Positions 53,960 through 64,000 of a DNA stretch of 64,000 nucleotides are shown piece after piece. How positions within the stretch are numbered: the first letter of the stretch is position 1; the number at the start of each line of letters is the position of its first letter. A program made the translations under genes and the position numbers. This DNA is from Chiloscyllium plagiosum (taxonomy: Eukaryota), in contig NC_057753.1 in NCBI RefSeq assembly GCF_004010195.1, positions 6,727,894-6,791,893 of the forward strand. The letters run 5' to 3'. Below the pieces are notes generated by a model. That model was not told where the DNA came from. It saw only the letters and a list, made by a program, of their open reading frames with translations, and ran no database searches.

Positions 53960-54490
53960 ACTTTCAGAGATAGGGAGGATTGTGAAGTTGGAGGAGATCG
54001 CTGAGAGGATTGTGAGGCTGCAAGAGGTTACAGGCATAGGGAGTGGTGTGAGTCAGGAGGACCTTACACATATAGGAAGGGTTTTGAGGTAAATGGACAT
54101 AATGTTTGTGTGGCTGGAAGAACTTACACAAATAGGGAAGATTTTGATTCTGGGGGATGTTACAGAGATAAGGAGGGCTGTGAGCCTGGGAGAACTCAAA
54201 GAGATAGGGAGGGTGTGAGGCTGGAACACATTCCAGGGATAGAGAGAGGTGTGAGGCTGGAAGTGCATAGTGTCAGAGGGAATGTTGTGTGTCTAGAATA
54301 AATTACGGAGATGGGGAGCGTCGTGAGCCTGGAAGAGATTACAGAGATCGAGAGGTTTGTAATGCTGGAGGACGTTACAGATATTGGGCGGATTTGAGGC
54401 TGGTGGAGTTTATAGACAAAGAGCGAGATTTGCGAGGCTGCAGGAGGTTTCGACTGATTGAGAGGAGCAAGCCCTTGAGGGATTTGAGAA
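53960..54490. repeat. Degenerate purine-rich minisatellite (unit about 33-35 bp, GTGAGGCTGGAGGAGGTTACAGAGATAGGGAGG-like)
   Basis: Recurrent gtgaggctgg / ttacagagata motifs; probably derived from an L2-like 3' end. Confidence 0.6.
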
Positions 54491-55139
54491 CACGTTTGGA
54501 AATTGTGAAATTTTCATGCTCTAACACTATAAAATGTCTCATGGTAAGTGAGCATGAGGATGGTGGATGCACAAAATTGATGGGGGTAAACAAATGAGCT
54601 GTAGTTTCGAATCGGAAGGTTGCATGAAAGTTGAATGTTGGAAGACAGTCAAGAGTGTGTTCAGATAGTTTAAGTCGAGAGGAAACAACGAAATTCATTA
54701 CATGTCCTAGCTCTCTCTCCTTTTGTGTTTCTCTCGTATTGAGTACAGGGTATTGTATCAGCCTACAATAAGGATTCGCTCCCGGGAGGGACGAGCATTT
54801 AATTTTTTTTTGATAATCCAGCATTTCCATGTCATTTCCTTTCTGAGTACTGCCCCTCAAGATAATAAATGCAATCACTACGTTTTGCCGTGTTTTTATG
54901 TGTTAATTTTCACTTCCTTTTAATGTATTAAATCGGCTGCACAGCGCATTAAATAGAGAGGACCTTCAGACAGGAAACTGAAAGTAAAATTCGAATCTCT
55001 ATCTGAGAGAGTTGCTTCTTTTATCGTACCCCACGATAATTGGAGTTTGAATATGGAAGTGGAGTTACTGTACACGTCATGCGTGTCGACTAGGCTTCAG
55101 CCAGTCAACCACGCTCTCAGAACATAAATGCTGTCAGAA

Positions 55140-55575
55140 TGGGTAAATATGAGGACTGCAGCAAAAGTTCAGATGTTTTTTCTGACTGAAACTCCATCAA
55201 TGCAGTCACAATAAGGAGAGGCCGTTCACAGGCTCCGAGTGTGGTAAACGATTCAGTCAGTCATCAGACTTTCTGAAACACAATGAGTTCATACAAGGCT
55301 GCTCCTTGTGTGGAAAGTAATTTAAAGAATCTTGCATGCTGGCCACACCGGGAGAGACTATTTGAGTGTTTTAAGTGTTCTGGTGAATTGATGGTCTAAC
55401 AAGGTAAACACTCTGATGAGAAGTTATTCAATGTGAGTATGAGTTCAGGGAAGTGTCTGGTCTTTAAAAATACTAGCCAATTCACACTGGGGAGAGCATT
55501 TTTTAACTGCTCTGAATGTGGGAGCAAATCAATGGTTACAACTGTGCTTCTGAGACGCCAGCGAACACTTGAGTA
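55140..55575 (+). pseudogene. Decayed C2H2 (Kruppel-type) zinc-finger array
   Basis: Hand translation gives LKLHQCSHNKERPFTGSECGKRFSQSSDFLKH...CSLCGK* and later HTGES...CSECG, i.e. degenerate HTGERPF linkers with stops and frameshifts. Confidence 0.75.
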
Positions 55576-57499
55576 ACTACAGTGGTGACACTTCACCGTG
55601 AATTTGAGCCCGGAATGAACTGATAACATTGGTGCTTGTTTCTGTTGATGTAATTAAACTCCACCCTAGTTATAGGTGTTAATACTCTGAATAGATGTTA
55701 CGTGATTGCGTTCTGTGTTCATCTCTATGTGTTAACTTGTTTTCCGTTTCTCAAATGGCAGAAAGAAAGGGAAACATTTTAATAATGTGAAACGTTGGCC
55801 ATTTAATTTTGCATCTTTATTTTAATGTGTTGCAGAAAAAAATACATCAGTGTGAACAGATACAAGAGGAGATGTTATCTCATTCTAATTCAATCTGACA
55901 ACAGTTCATATTGATGCAGTTCATTCAGCCTTACAAAGGTTCCAAGATGCTTCCCAAGGCATCAGATGCTCCAGCATGACACCGAACACGTGTATTAGGG
56001 AAGGCAGGGAAAAGCTTAGGCAAAGAGTTTGGGTGCGTGAAAATTTCCTAAAGGAGGAAACTGTCGACATCATCTTCCAAGTCAAAGCATTTTGTGTCAC
56101 TGACTGAAGGAGTTGCTTACAAATATCATTTTATCAGAGAAACTTGCATATCGTGGAAATGACGAAGAAAACGTGAATGTGAATGTGAACAAGCCAAGTA
56201 TGAAAGTTTAGAGTCAATTTCAGGTGCTGTATTCACCAGGATTTCCTGTTTTTCTTTTCTTTTACCCGCCATAACCTCGGTATGATTCCTGGTTCCAGTC
56301 AATGAATATTGTACAATTCTAATCTGAAAATCGTTACACATAACAACTGATTCAAACAGACGGTGTAACGCCATTTTCTTTTTTTTTTGTAAATAGACTG
56401 CAAACATCGATACCAAGATTGGGCAATTTAGACAGCTAGATTCTATCTGGCGCGTGAATTCTTAGAGTCCATTCAGCACAGTTTTTAGATGCCAGTAAGC
56501 AACAGGGCAAGATTGTCTCTTGAAGCTTATGTACAATAAGACAGGATGAAATCGTTACCTCGTTATAAATAATCCTTAAAATACGTGATAATAGCTAATG
56601 TTGTAATATCAAAGAAAGATTATTTAAAAATATATGAACACCAAGTTTACTGCAGTGTAGCTTGATAAAGATTATTTTAGAAACATGTAGAGAAGAAATG
56701 ATTCAACATTTCCATTGAATTTCATCATTTCCAGTGAAGATCAATTCTATTGGAAATGCCTATTTGAAAAGGCAGGTTTACTATTTGTGGCGAAGAAAGG
56801 ATTGTAACGGTGGCATAATATTGGAAGAAAATACGTATAAAGTTACACAAATTTATGACAGCGCAGTTGATGAGGAAACAAAATGTAGAAATAAACAATG
56901 TATAACAGGAATAAATCAGAATATAAGGGAAAAGTTCGTATTGTTAAAGAAAATGAAGTCGCCCTTACATTGAGTTCAAATGAAAATAACAGCAATAAGA
57001 AGCCTTTGCTATGTGACTGGGAATTAATATTGGACAACTTTTCAAGTTTGTGTTGACGTTGAACATTTAATCTGGACCTAACTTTCTATTAAAATAGTCG
57101 TGCAATATTACAAGGACACTAGAAGAGCGGAGAAAACGAAAGAACTGAGAGATGAAGTCGAAATAATTATATTAACTCGAGATCGAACAATAAGAAAATA
57201 AACCAGACAAAAATGTGACAAATGTCACGCATATTATAGCTTTTATCCGGGGAGTTTAAACGAAAATACTGTAGTTGAGGATAAATATATTTGTGCTGAA
57301 TTAGCGTATAATCACCCGATTATTTTGTTTGGATAGAAAGTAAACTTATACTGATTATTTTAACAACTGTTTAAAGGGAACTCAGGTTTCTTGCAAATCA
57401 ATCCAAATTGATCAACCTACTGATGAAGAACATAATTTTACTTTTTAAAAAATCCGAATCACAATTTTTGCTGAGGTTGGACATGAGGTTTATCTCCTC

Positions 57500-57660
57500 T
57501 ATTGCTCTCAGCAAAAGTAAAGGGCTAATCATTGATTTCAGAAAGAAAGGAGGACAACACGCCCCAATCTCTATCAACGAAACTGAGGTTGAGAGGGCAG
57601 AGAGCATTAGATTCCTCCAAGTGGTGATAGCCAACACCTGTCCGGGACTGCCCATGTAAA
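57500..57660 (+). mobile_element. Rex1/Babar LINE 3' fragment
   Basis: SKSKGLIIDFRKKGGQHAPISINETEVERAESIRFL. Confidence 0.65.
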
Positions 57661-59834
57661 TGCATTAGACTGATGGATGAACTCTCTAACGTCAATAGTG
57701 CTGACCTTGCTAACGTTGCTGTTGCCTCGTACACGCCCTGTGGCAATGTAACTTGCATGTCTCTTTCTAAGCATTTTCTGATCTGTATATCCTTGCTTAC
57801 TATGATCTGCCTCGTAAACAATTATTTTCATTGTACTTCGTTACGTGTGGCAATAAATCAATCACACCAAATCAATGTGAAGACGATGTTTTAGGTTTCT
57901 GCTGGTAATTGGCTGACTATTCAGGAATTAGCTTCTGCATTAATTATCTGGAGAGTATTTCAGGGCAACTCAAAGTTGGAGGAAGCCTGCAAATCTCTTT
58001 CTCAGTCTATTCGGTAATTAATTCGGAACTGGATAATACCTCCATGAGTCAGTAGTGTAACAATTTGGGAAAGCCAATAAATTTGAATCCACTAACCAAA
58101 GGCTTGATTTGAACTGCAGTGCAATCCTATTAAAAGCACCGTTTAAAAGATTATCCGAATCTACAGCTGTGAGCAATTGAGTTCATCAATAAAAAATTAA
58201 TTCATGTACAATTTCGTACCAAGTCACATGACAGCTAAATAATTGTGCCTGGACACACTGAGCCCTCCTTCTACTTCCTCGTCAATCTGTTTTAATGTTC
58301 AATGTAACATTTATTGTTTTTTTGTGTGAGGGTTGTAGGGTTGTTGATCGATTAATTTGAACTGCCAAAAAAAACAGGTTGGATGGTGACCAAAGAAGAG
58401 GTTTGATGCACTGTGCTGATTCCCTGGCCAGATATTTGCATTGCAGGAATAAGACGAAGGACCAGCAACATTCTAGTAAAGTGTGTGTATATTATTATAC
58501 TTGGAGCAATAAAAGTGTTTGAAGATTTAGAGTCTGCTAATCCAAGGATGAACCGATAGTAGTAATAGCCCTCCGTAGATAATTAACCTCGCCATTCGTG
58601 AGACTGCTAACGTAGTAATGACCACTGAATATGATGTCATGATTGACGGTTGCAGGATCAATGTCGAGGACCTCTCGGAAGACGCCTTAATGAAAAATAG
58701 TGGTGCGTGTTTGCTTTTGAAAAGAGATTACAATACAAATATAACAGCTTTCAGAACAAGAGCACTAACAAAAATTGATAAAGGATATGAGCGAGAAGCC
58801 TTTGGCTATACTTACCCCACTTATAGAGGACGAGGCACTGGAGATGAGAGGCACAGGGAGACGGCAGACAATAGCTAATGGTGAAAAGTGTTTGACGACC
58901 CCAATCACCAATGCATTAATATCTCCACTTTGCAGAATAAAGCATGTGCTCATGTGTGCACTGCAGAGATAGAGATTAAAAGTGTGAATAGTTCACAAGG
59001 AAACGTTATTTCCTCATAGCTATTTTGTCTAGTTTCTGGATGATGGGTGGGAATATCCAAATTCCCAGTTTTACAATACTCGTCCATCTCTAGAGCATGA
59101 TCAACATGTGAATAAATTCAATTCACAGAAATCTCCATTATTTTCACCAGCACATATAACTTGATATGGGCAAATGGTACCATGTTGTTATAATAGGATC
59201 ACAATCTGGAGAGGTCTCAGCAGAAAACAACTCGAAAGTCTCGCGAAACTGGTGGTATTTAGCTTTTCTTACTCTGAACAATATAGGAATGGTAGGTGAT
59301 GTTCAGTTTCAAGCTGAAGCGCCCACAAAGGCTGCAAATACCGATGCAGCAGCGGGGTGAGCGAATGCCTGGCCGCTTCAAGGGGCAATGTGCTTGCAAT
59401 TGTGGCCTTTTCATGGGCTCATCTAAGTTCTGTGTGCAACCAGGAGTTAGGGAATTGTAATAAGGGATGAGCGAGGAATGGTGCTATTGGCAACAATGCT
59501 CACAGTGGATGGATGAATGAACCAATGGGAACGACAAAAGAACAAATCAACAAACTCCCGCCTGCATGATTCAGCAACTTTTGGTCGTACATCTATACCG
59601 ATCTGCAACGTGCTTTGAGCTGATGAAACTGAACCAGTCTGAGTTAGCATGACCAAAACTATTTGGCAACTCATTGAGATTATTTCGTGAACTGAACTTT
59701 GCAAAAAAAATGCGTTCCTTATGATTTATATATTCATATGCTAGGTATAGCTTTAAAATACAGAACCCTTTATAGGAGGTCACTTGTATTAAGCAAACAG
59801 AAATGAATGCATTTTATACAGGATTACCATGTGT

Positions 59835-60745
59835 TCAATGTTTAAGTAACAGAATTAGAAGACTTAATGGATATTTTACCACGTTCTTTAAGTCAGTTCT
59901 GAATTTACTCTGGGTCCCAGCATAAATAAATGGATTGATGCAGGAACTCAACAGCTGAAGCATAAATCCGGTTTCCTCAAGAGCAAATGTTGATTGAGTG
60001 AAATTAGAACCTGAGAAATAAGTAAGCTTCGTGACTCTTACATAGAGGATTGTTATAAAAAACAATGAATATAAGAGGATGAAACTTGCTGAGATGGCAA
60101 AGAGTAACAGAATGGACTTTTTCCGTTTCTCAATCTCTGGGTCTATCTGAGTCTGTCTACTTCCTTGGGCTTGAAACCGCCTGCGGGCTCTATTAGCTGC
60201 TACAATGTGGCTGATAGTGAAAGCATTGAGCAATAAAATCAGAATGAACGGCAGAAAAGGGTTTAGAATGCAACGTATCCAGTCATAAGCAGCCCATGCA
60301 TGTGACTTGTAAAATATTAATTTTACACTGCAAAGCCAGTCTACATTACTGATCGTGTAACCAGGTTCATACACAAAATACAAGAAAGCATTTTTCACAC
60401 AGAAGAATGCTGACACAATTCCTATTACCCAAACTGCTGTCTTCTCGGTGCAATATTTCATTTTCAGCTTCTGGCAACTAATGGCAACAAATCGATCGAA
60501 GGTGAAAGCGACTGTTAACCAGGCAGAACTGTCTATAGTTGCAAAACTTAAAACATACCGGAAACTGCACACTTGTGTGATAGATAAGAAAGTGACTGGG
60601 AAATAAATCCCGGCAATTCTGTTGAATATCACAGACGTGACTATGACCAGGAAATCCATCACTGCCATGGACACCAGGTAGCAGGTGATGCATCCGGATA
60701 GACCGCATCTTCTTCGAGAAAGGATCAGAATCACTGTCAGGTTAG
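59835..60745 (-). CDS. GPCR gene C, coding exon 2 (paralog of gene B); exon 1 presumably beyond 64000
   Basis: Acceptor ctttctctcgctctctactgcag|CTAAC at the same phase and position as gene B. Open frame ANLTVILILSRRRCGLSGCIT...WLTVAFTFDRFVAI...NPFIY...KFR. Aligns to gene B without gaps, about 185/300 identical by hand. Confidence 0.92.
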
Positions 60746-61319
60746 CTGCAGTAGAGAGCGAGAGAAAGTGTGAGAGACAGAGAACAAATGGTAGAATGCA
60801 TATGATAGATAGCACAATCCTTTAAATGGTTATTTGATTCCTGATAGCATTTTCCATTTTAAAAGAGTGTGCAAAACAGTAGTTAGCAGAGATCTGCTGA
60901 GTATAACAATGTCTGTACAGAAAATGATCATTTGCATTTTCAAATCTATAACTTGGAGTACTGGCATTTTAATGGAGTTCATTTCCATTAGTCCAAGCTC
61001 AGAACATGAAAAATTCTAACGCACTAACTAAACCAGATAGAATTAACAAAAAAAAAACAATGTTATCACAGAAGAGAATAATTGTGAAATAGGTAAATAG
61101 CAAACACAGTAAGAATTATTATCGAAATTAATACATTTCGAGAGAAGGAGGGGAGGGAATGGGTGGGGATGCGTTTGCCCATACGTATTAAAGCTAGGCT
61201 ACTTATTCAGAAACTGAGCAAATGTTCTAGGGACCCAGGGTGGAATGCTGCCATGACAGGTGGTGGAAATTTGCTTTTTCAAATCAGTGGCATCGAGCAG
61301 AAAAGAGAACGGCAGACAC

Positions 61320-64000
61320 ATCCGTGACGATCTGCAAAGTCCTCCTTAGGAACATCTGACAGCTAATTACAAAATTGGGAATGTGGTTTCACAAACTAGT
61401 TATTGAATAGTCTAAGATTACTACTTTACAATGACCGAGGATATCTCATAACTCACAGTGAGGACCTACAAAGCAGATGTCATGGCACTGACATATACTG
61501 TCAGAAGTGATTAGTCCCGGGAGTCTTCCCATTGACTCCGGACTTCAGGAAATCTCGTGGCGTCAGGATAAACGTGGACATAGAAACCTCCTGCTGATTA
61601 CTGTGTGTGGAACTACTTGATAGATGAATTATTATTCTTCTATGTTGTGGGTGGCACAGTGGGTGGGCGGCACGATGGCACAGTGGTTAGCACTGCTGCC
61701 TCACAGCGCCAGAGACCCGGGTTCAATTCCCGCCTCAGGCAACTGACTGTGTGGAGTTTTCACATTCTCCCCATGTCTGCGTGGGTTTCCACCGGTTGCT
61801 CCGGTTTCCTCCCACAGTCCAAAAACGTGCAGGTTAGGTGAATTGGCCATGCTAAATTCCCCGTAGCGTGAGTTGAAGGGGTAAATATAGCGGAATGGGT
61901 CTGGGTGGGTTGCGCTTTGGCAGGTCGGTGTGGACTTGTTGCGCCGAAGGGCCTGTTCACACTGTTAGTAATCTGATCTAATCTAAAAAAAAATAAAATA
62001 AAGCGCTGAGCATTGCAACGGCACACAATATACTTTGGGTGGGGCATTTTAATGTCCAACAAAAAGAGTGTCTCGAGTACTGCAGACTGAGTTGCTCAGG
62101 TCGGAAAGAATTTAACTACTAGACTGGATTCTCAGCAAATGATGACGGAGCCAGCAAGAATGAAAAAAAAACATGCTTGACCTCATTCTTACAAATCTGC
62201 CCGCTCCAAATGCATCGCTACCTTACAGTATCGTAAGAGTCACTAGCGCACAGTCCTTGTGGAGATGAAGACGCGCCTCAACTTTGAGAATAATCTCTCT
62301 TGACTTATGTTGCATGATCATTCTGCTAAAATGGGCAGACTTCGAACATATCTGCCAACCTAAGTCTGGGCATCAATGAAGTGCAGTGGTCCATCGATAA
62401 CAACAGAACTTCACTCAGCACAAACATGGTCCTGCATACCCCCCATTCAACTATACATAGAGGCGGTCAACCGTGGTAATGGAGAATGCAGGACAGCGGG
62501 CATGGTGCAGCACGAAGCATAACAAAAAACTGAAATGTCGATCTGGGAAAGCGACCAAATAACACTACTCTCATATCAGACTTTATAAGCAGCAAGTGGT
62601 AAACAGAGGTAAACGATCCCACAACCAACAGATCAGATCGAAGATCTGCAGTTCTCCCACATTCATTCATGAATGGCGGTGGATGATTAACCAACTGACT
62701 GGAAGAGGAGGGTACACAAATCTTTTCATCCTCAATGATGGAAGAGAGCAGCACATCAGTGAAAAGGATGTGGCTGAAGCTTTCACACCAAACATAGCTC
62801 ATAATTTCGAAGTGGATGAGCCTTTTCTACATTCTCCAGTGTTCCATAACATCACAGATACGAGTATCCAGGTAATTAGATTCAGTCCACGTGAACCGGT
62901 TGAAGATACAGATGGTTGCAAAGGCAACAGTCCCTGATAACAATCCAGCTGTAGTAGTTGCCGGTTTGTGCTCCAGAACTTGCCACTCCCACAACCAAAC
63001 TCTTCCAGTCCAGTTAAAATAGGGGCATCTGCCTGATATTTTGGAAAGCTACCCAGCTGTGTCCTATGCATAAAAAAATCATGACAATTTCATTCTAGCC
63101 ATTAATCGCCCATAACTGCAGCCTCTCAATCATCAGTAAAGTGATGGAAGTTATTATCAACAATGTCACCAAGCAACAACTGGATCAGAAATAATTTGGT
63201 GGATGATATCGAGTTTCGTTTCCACCGAGACTACTTAGCTCGTGACCTCATTGTAGTCTTGGTTCAACAATGGGAAGACAGCTGAAATCCAGAGGTGAGG
63301 TGAGAGTGACAGCCCTTGATATCAAGCCTGCATTCGACCGAGTGTGATATCAAGGAGCCTCATCAATATGGGAACCACTCAGTACCAGAGGGAAACCACT
63401 CCACTGTTTGCAGCCATACTTGGCATGCAGTAAAGATGGTTGAGGTTGTTGGAGGTGAGTCATCTCAACTCCAAGACATCTCTGCAGGAGTTCCTCATGT
63501 CACTGTCCTTGGCCCAACTATTCACAGATGTTTTATCAATGACCTTCGCTGCAGCATAAGGTCAGAAGTGGGAATGTTCGCTTATGTTTGAAAACGTATT
63601 CATCGTCGTTCACGACTCCTCTAAGTAGTGCACGTTCAAATGCAACAGAATCTGGACAACACCCAGGCTTGGGCTGACAACTGGCAAATAAGATTCACGC
63701 TGCACAAATGCTAGGCTGTGACCATCACGAGTAAGATACACTCGAACCACTACCCCATCAAATTTAATGGTCCTACCATCAGTGAATTCCTCATCATCAA
63801 TACCCTGAAGAATAACATTGATCAAAAGCTCACCTAGACTCGGGATATAAATGCAGTGGCAACAACAGTATGTCAGAATCAAGGAATACTGCAGCAAATA
63901 ACTCAGCTTCTGACTCCCCATGCTTTTCCACCAGCTGCAAAGCATAAGTTAGGAGTGTGATTGAGCATTCCCTCCTTTCCTTGATGCGTGTGTCTCCAAC
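61320..64000 (+). mobile_element. Degenerate CR1/L2-group LINE ORF2 in the gene C intron
   Basis: ALDIKPAFDRV and GVPHVTVLGPTIHRCFINDL RT motifs; runs off the window end. Confidence 0.78.
61647..61985 (+). mobile_element. HE1/V-SINE-like SINE nested in the LINE
   Basis: GGCACAGTGGTTAGCACTGCTGCC A-box, GGGTTCAATTCC B-box, central domain and TCTAA tail. Confidence 0.92.

Noticed and set aside
53960..54490. Regularly spaced repeats as a CRISPR-like array
   Set aside because: Degenerate tandem units with no unique spacers, in a vertebrate context with no cas genes.
60746..60815. N-terminal extension MLSIICILPFVLCLSHFLSLSTA of ORF 59835..60815, resembling a signal peptide or TM1
   Set aside because: It is the intron polypyrimidine tract read in frame; paralogs show a splice acceptor at this exact position.
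61093..61107. Minus-strand VFAIY look-alike as gene C exon 1
   Set aside because: No upstream MH start, no YYP...GVP continuation and no phase-1 donor; probably chance.
61665..61740. tRNA-like A/B boxes
   Set aside because: This is the head of a tRNA-derived SINE, not a tRNA gene.

Overview
Eukaryotic, repeat-rich genomic DNA, most likely from a shark or other elasmobranch (inferred from HE1/V-SINE-type SINEs and the CR1, Penelope, Gypsy and Rex/Babar relics). The main non-repeat content is a tandem minus-strand cluster of two-coding-exon class A GPCR genes resembling the GPR139/GPR142 group. It holds one complete gene (exon 1 37503-37434, exon 2 32775-31850, 331 aa), one intact exon 2 (60745-59835) whose exon 1 was not found in the window, and one truncated pseudogene (exon 1 25514-25442, exon 2 remnant 14214-13979). 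The two intact paralogs are about 62% identical by hand alignment, lack the TM6 CWxP motif and diverge most in ECL2. The complete gene has almost no N-terminus. The two first exons share a 13-bp upstream motif. Together this suggests a lineage-expanded, birth-and-death receptor family, possibly chemosensory (inference). Also present are Penelope-derived hairpin elements with minimal hammerhead-ribozyme cores, a decayed C2H2 zinc-finger remnant, and possible older GPCR relics. Repeat boundaries are approximate and read by eye.
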